Assembly (NCBI RefSeq): GCF_964194155.1
Contig: NC_135906.1
Location: 6,262,001-6,326,000 of the forward strand
DNA: 64,000 nt
Reading direction: 5' to 3'
From: Cetorhinus maximus
Lineage: Eukaryota
Shown piece by piece: positions 1 to 13,100 of this stretch. The notes below the pieces were generated by a model. It had not been told where the DNA came from, ran no database searches, and was given only the letters and a program-made list of their open reading frames with translations. How positions within the stretch are numbered: the first letter of the stretch is position 1; each line of letters begins with the position of its first letter. The translations under genes and the position numbers were made by a program.

Positions 1-288
1 AGATGTGCTGACCTTTTGATGAAACACCTAAACCAAGGATCAATATGAATTTTCACATGGGTGGTATCGTTTCCACGGTGCTGTTCAACGGTGAGCAGTG
101 GGGTTCTCCTGGTGTTCTGCCAAAACTTTATCCCTCAATAAAACACAGGTAATCTGGTCATTGTCTGTGGGATCTTGCTGCGCACAACAGTGACTGTTGT
201 GTTTTCCACTTCACAACAGTGACGGCATTTATAAAGCACTTGATTGAATGTCAAGACCTTTGAGATATCCTGGAGGCCACGAGAGACT
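1..288 (+). mobile_element. Degenerate DeuSINE (SacSINE1/AmnSINE1-like) fragment
   Basis: Contains Deu-domain-like motifs (tttatccctcaa...atctggtcattg...gtgggatcttgctg) and the cacaacagtgac tail, which are also seen in the copy at about 37230-37625. Confidence 0.6.
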
Positions 289-764
289 CACAACAGGCAC
301 AGGTTCATCCATCCATTCAATTCCCCCTGCAACACAGCTGCATTCTGGGTCCTGAAACGTTCATATCCCGCTGCACTCCCATTGCAATTACCTGTTGTGT
401 GCCATCGGTGAAGCCATTGGCTTTCAGCTTTCACAGGGAAACAAATCTGAATTGCAATCTCCGATTCCAAAACATTAATACATATCCTTAAATTCTAGTT
501 ACAGAAAAGGGATGGATTTTCATCGTGACCAACTGTGCTGGAAGAAAACTCATTCCAGGAGTGTTCCAGGGCACACAGATCACCACCCAGGGCCCGTATC
601 TGAATATTCAACCCATCAGTGCAGCTCCATCCAGGGTCCCGTGTCTGATGATGGAACTCCTCTTGTTGGTTTGGATTGATGACCATATCTTGAGGGAGGA
701 GGGGGAGGGGTTTGGGGTTGTGGTCAATGAGGCATCATCTTAGAGGAATATTGTGATTATTGAT

Positions 765-840
765 GTAAAAAGAGACGTCCTGTCAAAACTTTACACCCTG
801 CACTCATCAGAACAGACCCAAGAATGCACATTTCAAATCA
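765..840 (-). mobile_element. Penelope-like element remnant with decayed hammerhead motif
   Basis: The minus strand reads tgtt-CTGATGA-gtgcagggt-GTAA-agtttt-gaca, homologous to the insert at 29310-29587. Confidence 0.5.
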
Positions 841-2649
841 CGGAATCACACTTAAAGTTAGACATTACCTTCTGAGTTTTGGGAGCATGGGCTGGTTGAG
901 TGTGGCCAGTACTCTGCCTCTTGCAAACAGGGGAAGGGACCTGCTGCTTGATACCAGCCATTGGAACATAACAGCCTGGCAACACCCTGGCACAGAAATT
1001 CATACACCGCATCACTCATTTGTGTGGTAGGCAGAACATTATTTTTTGGCTTGATGGCAGCATCCTGTTAGTGGTGAATACCGCTCCTGTACAGCCAAGT
1101 AACTATTGCGATTATTATTTCCTAATTAGCACTAACGGGATCGTTTTCACGTAGAAACCGCACGTTGGTGGCCTGGGAGTGATCAAGGGGAAGAAAGGAG
1201 CAACCAGGGCTCTTTTTCATTTGAGAGGGAGACAGAATATTCTCCCAAGAACGTCACTGTTTTGCAAAGCAGGTTGTAAGCGGTGGCCAGTGGATCGGGT
1301 GCTGATCCTTAACTCTCCTTTATTTCTCCATCCCCCTCATTGTTCTAAAAAATGAGGCTCGATTAAAAACCAGAAAGTAACATGACCGGCTGTGCAACTC
1401 TTCCAAAAATGTCCCAGGTCACAAAGCTGTTGGGTCTGACGGCACTTACCTGAGAGAGTTGCCTATGTGTAAGACAATTTGGAGCATGCTCTGGTGATGG
1501 CATTTCTTGCATACTTTAAACGTTTATTCAGAAGTCAGACGACCTGCATGCTCGAGTGGCCCAGTCTCCCAACTACCCACAATACAAAACAACAGGAAGC
1601 AGATTCATACTTTAACAGTTATTACTAAAGAACAATGTTTTACAGTAGGGCAAAGAACGCTGCTTAATCGTAGCACGACTACTTCTGAGAATTCCCTGAC
1701 TGTGAGATAATCATCCTGTTTTTTTTTATTCCTCCCCCCACCCCAAATTGTACTCAGACAAGGGAGACGTCATATTAAAAAAAAAAGGCTTGAGGAATGC
1801 GGTGTTCCCTAAAAGGCAAAAGTGGCTGGTGTGTCATCTGGAAGTGTTCAGGGATGGAAATGGTGAGCAGGCATCACATATATGCAGAGCGAGCTCCAGA
1901 CACAACACTTCCTGCATGGAACAACCCAGAATTTTCCTCCATTGTAAAGCAGCGGACATTCCAGACATATTTCCAGTGAATAACCCTTCTCTTTAATCGC
2001 AGGCCCCGGCATCTCGTGTTGCAGACTTTCCACAGCTTATTGACTTTGTAGCTTCCAGTCCTGCATATTTCGGATATTCTGCAGCCCCAGGAAGTGATCT
2101 AAATTTAAACTCCAAAGTGGAGGCTAACATTTGTGTGTGTTTTTCTTCATTTTTTTTTTATGAATGGGCGAGTAAAGCTCGTTGTAACTGGCAGCTGCTG
2201 GGTCCTTCTGGGAAGGGGCTGAGAGAGGGTCACATTTTAAGCGTGAATGTTTTGCGATGAAGAAATTCACTGGAAGTCTTAATAACTTTCAGCTTAGCCA
2301 ACTACCCAGAAGGAGAAAACAGCTCGGACCAGTACTCCTGCTTCCCAGTTTTCACTGGTGTTCCATTTTAAGGTATACCAGGCCAGCTCAGACTAGTATT
2401 ATTACTTCTCAGTTTTTACTGTTTATTCCTTCTGGTTAATTATTACCTAACTTGTTAAGCCCCATGTACGACACATGTGGGAGTTCAGTTTGAAGACAAA
2501 GGTTCTGGGTATCAGAAATTTGGCATGAATCAACCAGGCTTGGCGCTGCTGTGAGATTCTGTTTATTATTGAAATGGGAGTGATAAGCCTTTAACTCTGC
2601 CCAGCTCTGTCATCCAGAGAAAGCGAAGGTCATTCACAACAGAAAACCT

Positions 2650-5600
2650 ATATGAACTTGCTGAATGCAATTGCAGACCAACCGGACCAGCTCAGTGCAA
2701 CGGTCAGTGTAACACAGGCCACTGTGGGCCAACATAGGCCTAGACAGTGTGAGACAGGCCAACAGGACCAACACTGTAAAACACAGCTAACCCAGAACAT
2801 CACAGAACATCACAAAAACAGTACAACATGGACAAACACACGCTAACACCATACAGCACAGCACAATATATTTCAGTAGGGACCAACAAGGCAAAACACA
2901 GACCAAAAGACGTCAACTAGACCAACACAGCACAACATGGACATACACAGACTAATGAAGTACAATACGATCCAACACAAACCAAAACACAGCTGAAAAC
3001 AGTAGACAAACAGGAGACAAACACAGTAAAACATATTCCAATAGTATACATCACAAGCAACTGCAGTACAGGGACCAATACAGACAAAGATTGTCCAACA
3101 CAAATGCAGTACAGCCCATATCAATACAGGCCAATGCAGTACAACACAGATAAACACAGGCCAATGCAGTACAACACAGTTAAACACAGGCCAATGCAGT
3201 ACAACACAGACAAACACAATGCAATACAACACAAACATAGGACAATACAGACCATCATTGTACACTACAAATAAGCACAGTACAACAGAGAGAATTACAG
3301 TACAACAAAGACCAAATTAGACAACCCGGACACCACAGTACAGCCAGAACAACACAGACTAACACAGTACAACGTATACCAACATTGTACAGGACAGACT
3401 AACACAGAGTGCAATACAAATCAACACAGCACAGCACAGACCATCTCAGTACAAAAGGACCAACAAAGTACAACTGAGGCCAAACAGATCAACAAAATAT
3501 AACACAGGCCAATATGGGCTAATAATATGATGAACAAATTTCAACATGTACCAACACAGTATAACTCAGACCAAAACACTATAACACGGTCCCAACACTG
3601 TACAACCCACACTAACACAGTACAATCCCAAAAAAACATGCACTAATACCACCCAGTCAACCAAAATTCAACAATCACAGGCCAACTAAATACAACATGG
3701 ATTAACGCAGGACAATCCAGTCAAACTTCAATCAACACAAATTGAAACAAGACAAACCAGGCAAACACAGGACAACAGAAGACAACACAGACCAACACAG
3801 ATCAACACAGACCAACACAGATCAACATAGATAACACTAGACAACACAGGACAACACACCAAATCAGGGCAACACAGACCAACAGAGATCAACACATGAC
3901 AACACAGATAAACACAGGACAACATAAAGCAACACAAACCAACACAGGACAACAAAGGTCAACACAGGACAACACAGAACAGCACAGATGAACATAGGTC
4001 AACACAGGAAAACACAGAACAACACAGGGCAACACAGGGAAACACAGATCAACACAGGTCAACGCAGGACAACTCAGACAAACACAGGACAACACAGACT
4101 AAGACAGGGCAACACGTATCAACACAGACCAACACTGATCAACACAAACCAGTACAGATCAACACAGGAGAACACAGGCCAGTACAGACCAACACAGGAC
4201 AACACAATCAATGCAGGTCAACACAAACCAACAGAGGATAGCACAGGTCAACACACATCAACACAGGACAAACCAATCAACACAGATCAACACAGGCCAA
4301 TACAGATCAACACATGCCAACACAGGATAACACAGGTCAAAACAGGTCAACACAGGTCAACAGAGGACAAAACAGACCAATATAGGACAACACAGACCAA
4401 TGCAAACCAACACAGGACAACACAGATCAACAGAGATAAACATAGGACAACACAGGTCAACAAAGGACAACACAGACCAACACAAGAAAACACAGATTGA
4501 CACACGACACCACAAGACAGCACAAACCAACACAGGACAATGCTGATCAATACATACAACACAGATCAACATTGGACAACACAGACCAACACAGGACAGT
4601 ACAGATCAACTCATGACAACAAAATCAACAAAGGACAATACAGCTCAACAAAGGGCAACACAGGACAACACAGATCAACACAGATGAAGACAGATCAACA
4701 CAGGTAAACACAGATAAACACAGACCTACACACAACACCACCGTTCAAAACAGGTCAACACTGGATAACACATATCAACACAGACCAACACAGGTCAACA
4801 CGGACAACACAGACAAGTACAGACCAATACAGGAGAACACAGGCCAGTACAGATGAACACAGGCCAACACAGATCAACAGAGGTAAACACAGGACAACAC
4901 AGATCAACACATGACAACATAAGCCAACACAGGAGAACACAGATCAACACAAGACAACACAGATCAAGACAGGACAACACAAGTCAACAGAGGACAACAC
5001 AAACAAACACAGAAGAACACAGGACCCCACAAGGCAGCCCAAACCAACACAGGACAATGCTGATCAACACAGTTAAACAGACCTACACAAAACACCACCA
5101 CTCAAAACAGGTCAACACAGGACAACACAGAATAACACATAACAACACAGGACAACACAGACAAGTACAGACCAACACAGGAGAACACAGGCCAGTACAG
5201 ATGAATACAGGACAGCACAGATAAACAGAGGTAAACACGGGACAGAACACAGATCAATACTTAACAACACAAGCCAATACAGGAGAACACAGACCAACAG
5301 AGGACAACACAGATCAACACAGATCAACAGAGGACAACACAAACCAACACAGGAGAACACAGATCAACACAGGACACCACAGGACAGCAAAAACCAACAC
5401 AGGACAATGTTGATCAACACAGGAAAACACAGACTTAGACAGGACAACACAGATCGATACAGCACAACACAGGTCAACACAGACCAAGACACATCAACAC
5501 AGACCTACACAGGACACCACAGCTCAACACAGGACATCACAGGCCAACACAGGACAACACAGAGGAACACAGCTAAACACAGATCAACACAGGACAACAC

Positions 5601-6810
5601 AGACTAAGACAGGACAACACAAATCAATGCAGATCAACACAGGACAACACACAACACAGATAAATACACAACAACACAGGACAACACAGATCAACATGGG
5701 ACAACACAGGACAACGCAGATCAATACAGGACAACACAGACCAACACAGGTCAACAAAGGTCAATACAGATCAACACAGGACAACACAGATAAACACAGA
5801 ACTACAAAGACCAACACAGGAAAACACAGATCAACAGAGGACAACACATACTAAGACAGGACATCTCAGCTCCAGGACATCGCTGAAGTAGTTCCTCAGG
5901 GTAGTGTCCTCGGCACAACCATCTTCAGCTGCTTCATCAATGACCTTCCTTCCATCATAAGGACAGAAGTGGGGATGTTCGTTGATGATTGCGCAATGTT
6001 CAGCACCATTCGCAACTCCTCAGATACTGAAGCAGTCCATGTCCAAATGCAGCAAGACTTGGGCTGACAAATGGCAAGTAAAATTCACGCCACACAAGTG
6101 CCAAGCCATGACCATCTCCAAGAGAGAATCCAACTATCGCCCCTTAATGTTCCATGGCATTACCGTCACTGAATCCCCCACTATAAACATCCTGGGGGTT
6201 ACCATTGACCAGAAACTGAATTGGACCAGCCATATAAATACTGCAGCTACAAGGGCAGGTCAGAGGCTAGGAATCGTGCGACGAGTAACTCACAAGGACA
6301 ACTCAACACAGGTAAACATAGGACAACACAGGTCAACACAGATCAGCACAGATCAACACAGGACAACACAAACTAAGACAGGACAACACAGATCAACACG
6401 GACCAACATATAACAACACAGGTCAACACAGGATAACACAGATCAACACAATTAAACACAGACCAACATATGACAACACAGACCAACACAGGACAACACA
6501 GATTAACACAGAACAACACATGTCAATACAGATCAATACAGGACAACACAGATGAACAGATGACAACACACAGCAACACAGGCAAATACAGACCAACACA
6601 GGAGGACACAGACCAAAACAGGACAACACAGGACAACTCATACAATGATCAACACAGCAAAACCCAGACTAACAAACTATAACATGCACCAACAATGTAC
6701 AACATGAACTAACACAGAACAACGTTGACCATCTCAGTAAGCTGCTTACACAGTGCAATACAGACAATCTCAGTACACCCCAGAGCAACACAATACAACA
6801 CAAACCAACT
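2650..6810. repeat. CA-rich satellite with a ~10-bp period (e.g. acaacacagg / tcaacacaga)
   Basis: The tandem units are directly visible, degenerate at both edges and interrupted by a LINE fragment at 5864-6293. Confidence 0.95.
5864..6293 (+). mobile_element. LINE reverse-transcriptase fragment (CR1/L2-group) inserted in the satellite
   Basis: Encodes VPQGSVLG, a FVDD (YADD-like) motif and KWQVKF...LGVTIDQKLNWTSHI, and is frameshifted. Confidence 0.9.
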
Positions 6811-6940
6811 GAGACATATCTATTAGATCATCCCTCAATCTTCCACATGAAAGGGAATACAAGGCTAATCTAAATTATTTTCATAATTTAACCCTGTTGC
6901 CCTGATGTAGAATCATAGAAACCAGAGAATGGTTACATTC

Positions 6941-7640
6941 TAGCATGACAAGTAACACTTGCATCACACAAGTGCCAGGCAATGACCATTGCCAACTAGA
7001 GAGCATCTAACCAAACCATTGACCAGAAACTGAACTGGACCAGCCATATAAACACTGTGGCTACAAGAGCAGTTCAGAGGCTGGGAATTCTGCAGTGAGT
7101 AACTCATCTCCTGACTCCCCAAAGCCTGTCCACCATCTGAAGGCACAAGTCAGGAATGTAATGGAATACCTTCCATTTGCCTGGATGAGTGTGGCTCCAA
7201 CACCAATCAGGAAGCTTGACACCATCCGGGACAGAGCAGCCCGCTTGATCGGCACCTCATCCACCAAGTTAAACATTCATCCCCTCCACCACCGACGCAC
7301 AGTGGCAGCAGTGTGTACCTTATCTGAGATGCACTGCAGCAACTCAGCAAAGCTCCTTCGACAGCACCTTCTAAACCCACGACCACTATCATCTAGAAGG
7401 ACCAGGGCAGCAGATAGATGGGAACACCGCCACCTGGAAATACCGCTCCAAGCCACTCGCCATCCTGACTTGGAAATATATCGGCCGTTCCTTCACTGTC
7501 GCTGGGTCAAAATCCTGGAACTCCCTTCCTAACAGTACTGTGGGTGTACCTACACCACATGGACTGCAGGGGTTCAAGAAGGCAGCTCACCACACCTTCT
7601 CAAGGGCAACTAGGCCTTGCCAGCGGCATCCACATCCCAT
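6941..7640 (+). mobile_element. LINE 3' portion (same family as 5864-6293)
   Basis: Encodes an RT C-terminus (KAQVRNVMEY...LDTIRDRAARLIG) and carries the family 3' tail caagaaggcagctcaccac...cacatcccatga. Confidence 0.85.
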
Positions 7641-7998
7641 GAGGGGAATAGATAGAGTGGACAGGATAAAATTTTTCCCCTTGGTTGAGAATTCTAGAAC
7701 CAGGGGACATAGATTCAAGATAAGTGGCAGAAGGTGTAGGGGGGGACATGAGGAAGAACTTTTTTACTCAGAGGGTAGTGGGTGTCTGGAATTTGCTGCC
7801 CAAGTTGGTGGTAGAGGCAGAAACTCTAAACTCTTTTAAAAAGTACCTGGATCTGCACCTTAAGTGCTGTAAGCTGCAGGGCTATGGGCCGGGTGTAGGA
7901 AGTTGGGATTAGAAAGAGCACCTGGGTGTCCTCAGGCTGGCATGGACAAGATGGGCCGAATGGCCTCCTTCTGTGCTGTAACTTTTCTATGGTTCTAT
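7640..7998 (+). mobile_element. CR1 LINE 3' end
   Basis: Encodes RTRGHRFK...RKNFFTQRVVGVWNLLP, followed by the gggccgaatggcctccttctgtgctgta tail and ttctatg repeats. Confidence 0.9.
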
Positions 7999-8004
7999 GA
8001 GAGA

Positions 8005-8520
8005 GAGAAACCCTGCAGGGTTTCTGAAGGAGAAATTCACCTTGTGCCACTCCCCTGCCTTCTCCCTATAGTCCTGCACATTCTTCCTTTTCAGGTAATG
8101 ATCCAATTCCCTCTTGAAACCCTTGATTGAACCTGTCTCCACCACACTTTCAGGCAGTACATTCCAGACCCTAACCGCTCGCAATTTTTCTCATGTTGCC
8201 ATTGTTTCTTTTGCCAATTACCTTAAGCCTGTGCCCTCTAGTTCTTGATCCTTCCACCAATGGGAACAGTTTCTCCCTCTCTACTCTGTCCAGACCCCTC
8301 ACGATTCTGAACACCTCTATCAAATCTCTTCTCAATCTTCTCTTCTCCAAGGAAAACAGTCCCAATCTCTCCAATCTATCTATGTAACTGAAGTTTCTCA
8401 TCTCTGGAACCACTCTTGTGAATCTTTTCTGCATTCTCTCCAATGCCTTCACATCCTTCGTAAAGTGTGGTGCCCAGACCTAGATGCAATATTCCAGCTG
8501 AGGCCAAAACACTTTTTTAT
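8005..8520 (-). mobile_element. CR1 LINE 3' end, antisense
   Basis: ORF 8171-8452 encodes ALERMQKRFTR...LGLFSLEKRRLRRDLIEVF...RTRGH. Confidence 0.9.
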
Positions 8521-8739
8521 ACAGTATAATTTATCTTCCTTTTTTCCTTTATTACTTCATGGGATGTGGGAGTCGCTGGCCGGGCCAGCATTTAATGCCC
8601 ATCCCTAATTGCCCTTGAGAAGGTGGTGGTGAGATCTATGAACATATGAACAAGGAGCAGAAATAGGCCATTCTGCCCCTCAAGCCTACTGCCTTCTTGA
8701 ACCGCTGCAGTCCATGCATTACTAGCCGAGTGACATTAG

Positions 8740-8867
8740 CACTTGGCCGCCATCTCCTGCATTATAACAGTGACTACATTTTGCAATGAAAGTACTTCAT
8801 TGGCTGTCAAGCTTTTTGAGACATCCGATGGGTGTGCAAAGTGCTAAATAAATGCAAGTCTTTCTTC
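8740..8867 (+). mobile_element. DeuSINE 3' tail fragment
   Basis: Reads acagtgactaca...aagtacttcattggctgt...aaatgcaagtctttctt. Confidence 0.65.
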
Positions 8868-10199
8868 AGATGAAAGTTAAAGTTTCTATTGTAACCGCTC
8901 TGCTTTTGCAAGAAGCTTCTCTGATCTCTGAGTTCATGCATCCCGCTCACATCAGGTAAACTGTGGATAACTCCCAGCAAACTCTTGCATCTTTGCCAAT
9001 TCCTCAATTCTACCCAGAGAACTCCTACAGATAGTGCACTCTGGCTTTATATCCCCCACTTTCTAATTCCAGAATACTGTCCTGTATCAACACCGCCACT
9101 CGCCCTCCTTTTCCAATTTCCCTGTTCTTTAAATATCCAGAATATTAGCCTCCCTAGCTCGTAACCAGGTCGGAGTGATGCTCACAGGTTGCAAAAAAAA
9201 AAAATGGGAAACTTTCGAAAAGGCTCTGTTTGGAAACTCAGCCCCTAGGAGAGGAACATAGACAACTGGCAGGATAAGGAAGACAGTTTAAAATGTGCAA
9301 AGGACTGGTGCTCAAATGAAAAAGATCCCAGGTCACAATAATGTGTTCAACAGATAAGGCAGCGATGATGTCAGGGGCTGACCAGTCCAGGAATGTACAT
9401 TCCCACTGAGCATTGAAGGTGACCTCAATGGAAGTCCGGGAGTTCTCTGTTCTAATTAGGCAATAATGCAGAAAAATGTGTGACTGGGACAGGAGCCAGT
9501 AACTGGAAACACACAGAATACCAAGCTTGAGGTAAGGAGTGGGGACAGAGTCTGCACTGTCCCGTCTCCTGCCCCTCAGTGTAAGGAGTTGTCTATCTTC
9601 ACTGCTCTTTCTGTGTGTTAGCCTCCTTATTTTAAGGCACCCTCTTAACTTCTGGAGAAAAAAATCATTTGTTTTTACCTTGCCTTATATTTTATCTTGC
9701 TATCCCTTCTGGCTCCCCAGCACTGTTGTTATTCTACTGATTTCCTACTCCACAGACCTAGGGCTTGTGGCCAATGCTCAGAGCTGCTGCCAGACTGCTA
9801 CCATAGAGAAACCCACAGGCTGCCAGTATGTGCAGTGAGCACTAACATGGGGGGAGATGGAGGGCACTTTGTACAGATTTTGGGCTCCAAATGTCAGCCA
9901 CCATCCCAATCAGCTCACCTCAAAACACACTTGTGGGGTGTTTTGTCCTGTACAACTGCCCTTTCTGCTACTTTCAGTGTCTTTTTTTTTTTGCTGATGC
10001 TCCTGGATTAGCTATTGTTCTTTCATTCATTCTCTGGCGAGAGTGTCACTGGCAGCATTTATTACCCATATCATATGGGTTTGGAGAAGAGTTGTGAAAG
10101 AATGTTCCAGGAACACACCGTGCGACCCTGTACAGAAACAGTTCACAGCAGATACACAGCTAAAAGGCAATGTCTGTTGCTGAATGGCCTGTGGTTGGG

Positions 10200-13100
10200 T
10201 GTGTATCTGTGGGTGACTGTGCATGTGTCCCTGTCTGCATCAGTGTCTGGGTGTGTGTGTGTTTGTGCGTGTGTATCTGTGTCTGGGTGTGTGTGTGTTT
10301 GTGCGTGTGTATCTGTGTCTGGGTGTGTGTGTGTCTCTGTCTGTATCAGTGTCTGAGTGTGTTTGTGTGTGTATGTGTGTGTTTTTGCCCGTGGGTATGT
10401 GTTTGTGTCTGCGTGTGCGTATTTGTATCAGTTTCTGAGTGTGTTTGTATGTGTATTTGTGTCTGAGTGTTTGTTTTGTGTGTGTGTCTCTCTCTGTCTA
10501 TATCAGTGTCTGAGTGTGTTTGTGTGGGTATGTGTTTGTATCTGCATGTACGTGTTTGTATCAGTTTCTGAGTGTGTATGTATGTGTATCTGTGTCTGAG
10601 TGTTTGTTTTGTGTGTGTGTCTCTCTCTGTCTGTATCAGTCTCTGGGTGTGTTTGTGTGTGCATCTGTGTCTGGGTGTGTCTGTGTCTGTCTTACTGTCT
10701 GGGTGTGTGTGTATCTGTGGTCTGGGTGCTTGTGTGTATCTATGTCTGGATGTGCGTGCATCTGGCTGGATGTGTTTGTGTGTGTATCAGTGTCTGGATG
10801 TGTGTTTATCAGTATCTGGGTGTGTATCAGTGTCTGGATGTGTGTTTATCAGTATCTGGGTGTGTATCAGTGTCTGGATGTGTGTTTATCAGTATCTGGG
10901 TGTGTATCAGTGTCTGGATGTGTGTTTATCAGTATCTGGGTGTGTATCAGTGTCTGGGTGTGTGTTTATCAGTATCTGGGTGTGTATCAGTGTCTGGATG
11001 TGTGTTTATCAGTATCTGGGTGTGTATCAGTGTCTGGGTGTGCGTTTATCAGTATCTGGATGTGTATCAGTGTCTGGGTGTGTATCAGTATCTGGGTGTG
11101 TATCAGTGTCTGGATGTGTGTTTATCAGTATCTGGGTGTGTATCAGTGTCTGGATGTGTGTTTATCAGTATCTGGGTGTGTATCAGTGTCTGGGTGTGTG
11201 TTTATCAGTATCTGGGTGTGTATCAGTGTCTGGGTGTGTGTTTATCAGTATCTGGGTGTTTATCAGTGTCTGGATGTGTGTTTATCAGTATCTGGGTGTG
11301 TATCAGTGTCTGGGTGTGTGTTTATCAGTATCTGGGTGTGTATCAGTGTCTGGGTGTGTGTTTATCAGTATCTGGGTGTGTATCAGTGTCTGGGTGTGTG
11401 TTTATCAGTATCTGGGTGTGTATCAGTGTCTGGATGTGTGTTTATCAGTATCTGGGTGTGTATCAGTGTCTGGGTGTGTGTTTATCAGTATCTGGGTGTG
11501 TATCAGTGTCTGGATGTGTGTTTATCAGTATCTGGGTGTGTATCCGTGTCTGGGTGTGTGTTTATCAGTATCTGGGTGTGTATCAGTGTCTGGGTGTGTA
11601 TCAGTGTCTGGATGTGTGTTTATCAGTGTCTGGGTGTGTATCAGTGTCTGGGTGTGTGTTTATCAGTATCTGGGTGTGTATCAGTGTCTGGATGTGTGTT
11701 TATCAGTGTCTGGGTGTGTATCAGTGTCTGGGTGTGTGTTTATCAGTGTCTGTGTGTGTATCAGTGTCTGGGTGTATGTTTATCAGTGTCTGGGTGTGTA
11801 TCAGTGTCTAGGTGTGTATCAGTGTCTGGGTGTGTGTATGTGTTTGTGTCTGGGTGTGTATCAGTGTCTGGATGTGTGTTTATCAGTATCTGGGTGTGTA
11901 TCAGTGTCTGGATGTGTGTGTATCAGTATCTGGCTGTGTATCAGTGTCTGGATGTGTGTTTATCAGTATCTGGGTGTGTATCAGTGTCTGGATGTGTGTT
12001 TATCAGTATCTGGGTGTGTATCAGTGTCTGGGTGTGTGTTTATCAGTATCTGGGTGTGTATCAGTGTCTGGGTGTGTGTTTATCAGTATCTGGGTGTGTA
12101 TCAGTGTCTGGGTGTGTGTTTATCAGTATCTGGGTGTGTATCAGTGTCTGGGTGTGTATCAGTGTCTGGATGTGTGTTTATCAGTGTCTGGGTGTGTGTA
12201 TGTGTTTGTGTCTGGGTGTGTATCAGTGTCTGGGTGTGTATCAGTGTCTGGATGTGTGTTTATCAGTATCTGGGTGTGTATCAGTGTCTGGATGTGTGTT
12301 TATCAGTATCTGGGTGTGTATCAGTGTCTGGATGTGTGTTTATCAGTATCTGGGTGTGTATCAGTGTCTGGATGTGTGTTTATCAGTATCTGGGTGTGTA
12401 TCAGTGTCTGGATGTGTGTTTATCAGTATCTGGGTGTGTATCAGTGTCTGGATGTGTGTTTATCAGTATCTGTGTGTGTATCAGTGTCTGGGTGTGTGTT
12501 TATCAGTATCTGGGTGTGTATCAGTGTCTGGGTGTGTATCAGTGTCTGGGTGTGTGTTTATCAGTATCTGGGTGTGTATCAGTGTCTGGATGTGTGTTTA
12601 TCAGTATCTGGGTGTGTATCAGTGTCTGGATGTGTGTTTATCAGTATCTGGGTGTGTATCAGTGTCTGGATGTGTGTTTATCAGTATCTGGATGTGTATC
12701 AGTGTCTGGGTGTGTGTTTATCAGTATCTGGGTGTGTATCAGTGTCTGGATGTGTGTTTATCAGTATCTGGGTGTGTATCAGTGTCTGGGTGTGTGTATG
12801 TGTTTGTGTCTGGGTGTGTATCAGTGTCTGGATGTGTGTTTATCAGTATCTGGGTGTGTATCAGTGTCTGGATGTGTGTTTATCAGTATCTGGATGTGTA
12901 TCAGTGTCTGGATGTGTGTTTATCAGTATCTGGGTGTGTATCAGTGTCTGGATGTGTGTTTATCAGTATCTGGGTGTGTATCAGTGTCTGGGTGTGTGTT
13001 TATCAGTATCTGGGTGTGTATCAGTGTCTGGATGTGTGTTTATTAGTATCTGGATGTGTATCAGTGTCTGGATGTGTGTTTATCAGTATTTGTGTGTGTA

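Noticed and set aside
495-743. Short ORFs on both strands in unique sequence
   Set aside because: They have no recognisable domain or supporting exon structure.
2873-6682. Thr/Gln/His-rich and Cys/Val/Leu-rich ORFs
   Set aside because: They are artefacts of the 10-bp satellite.
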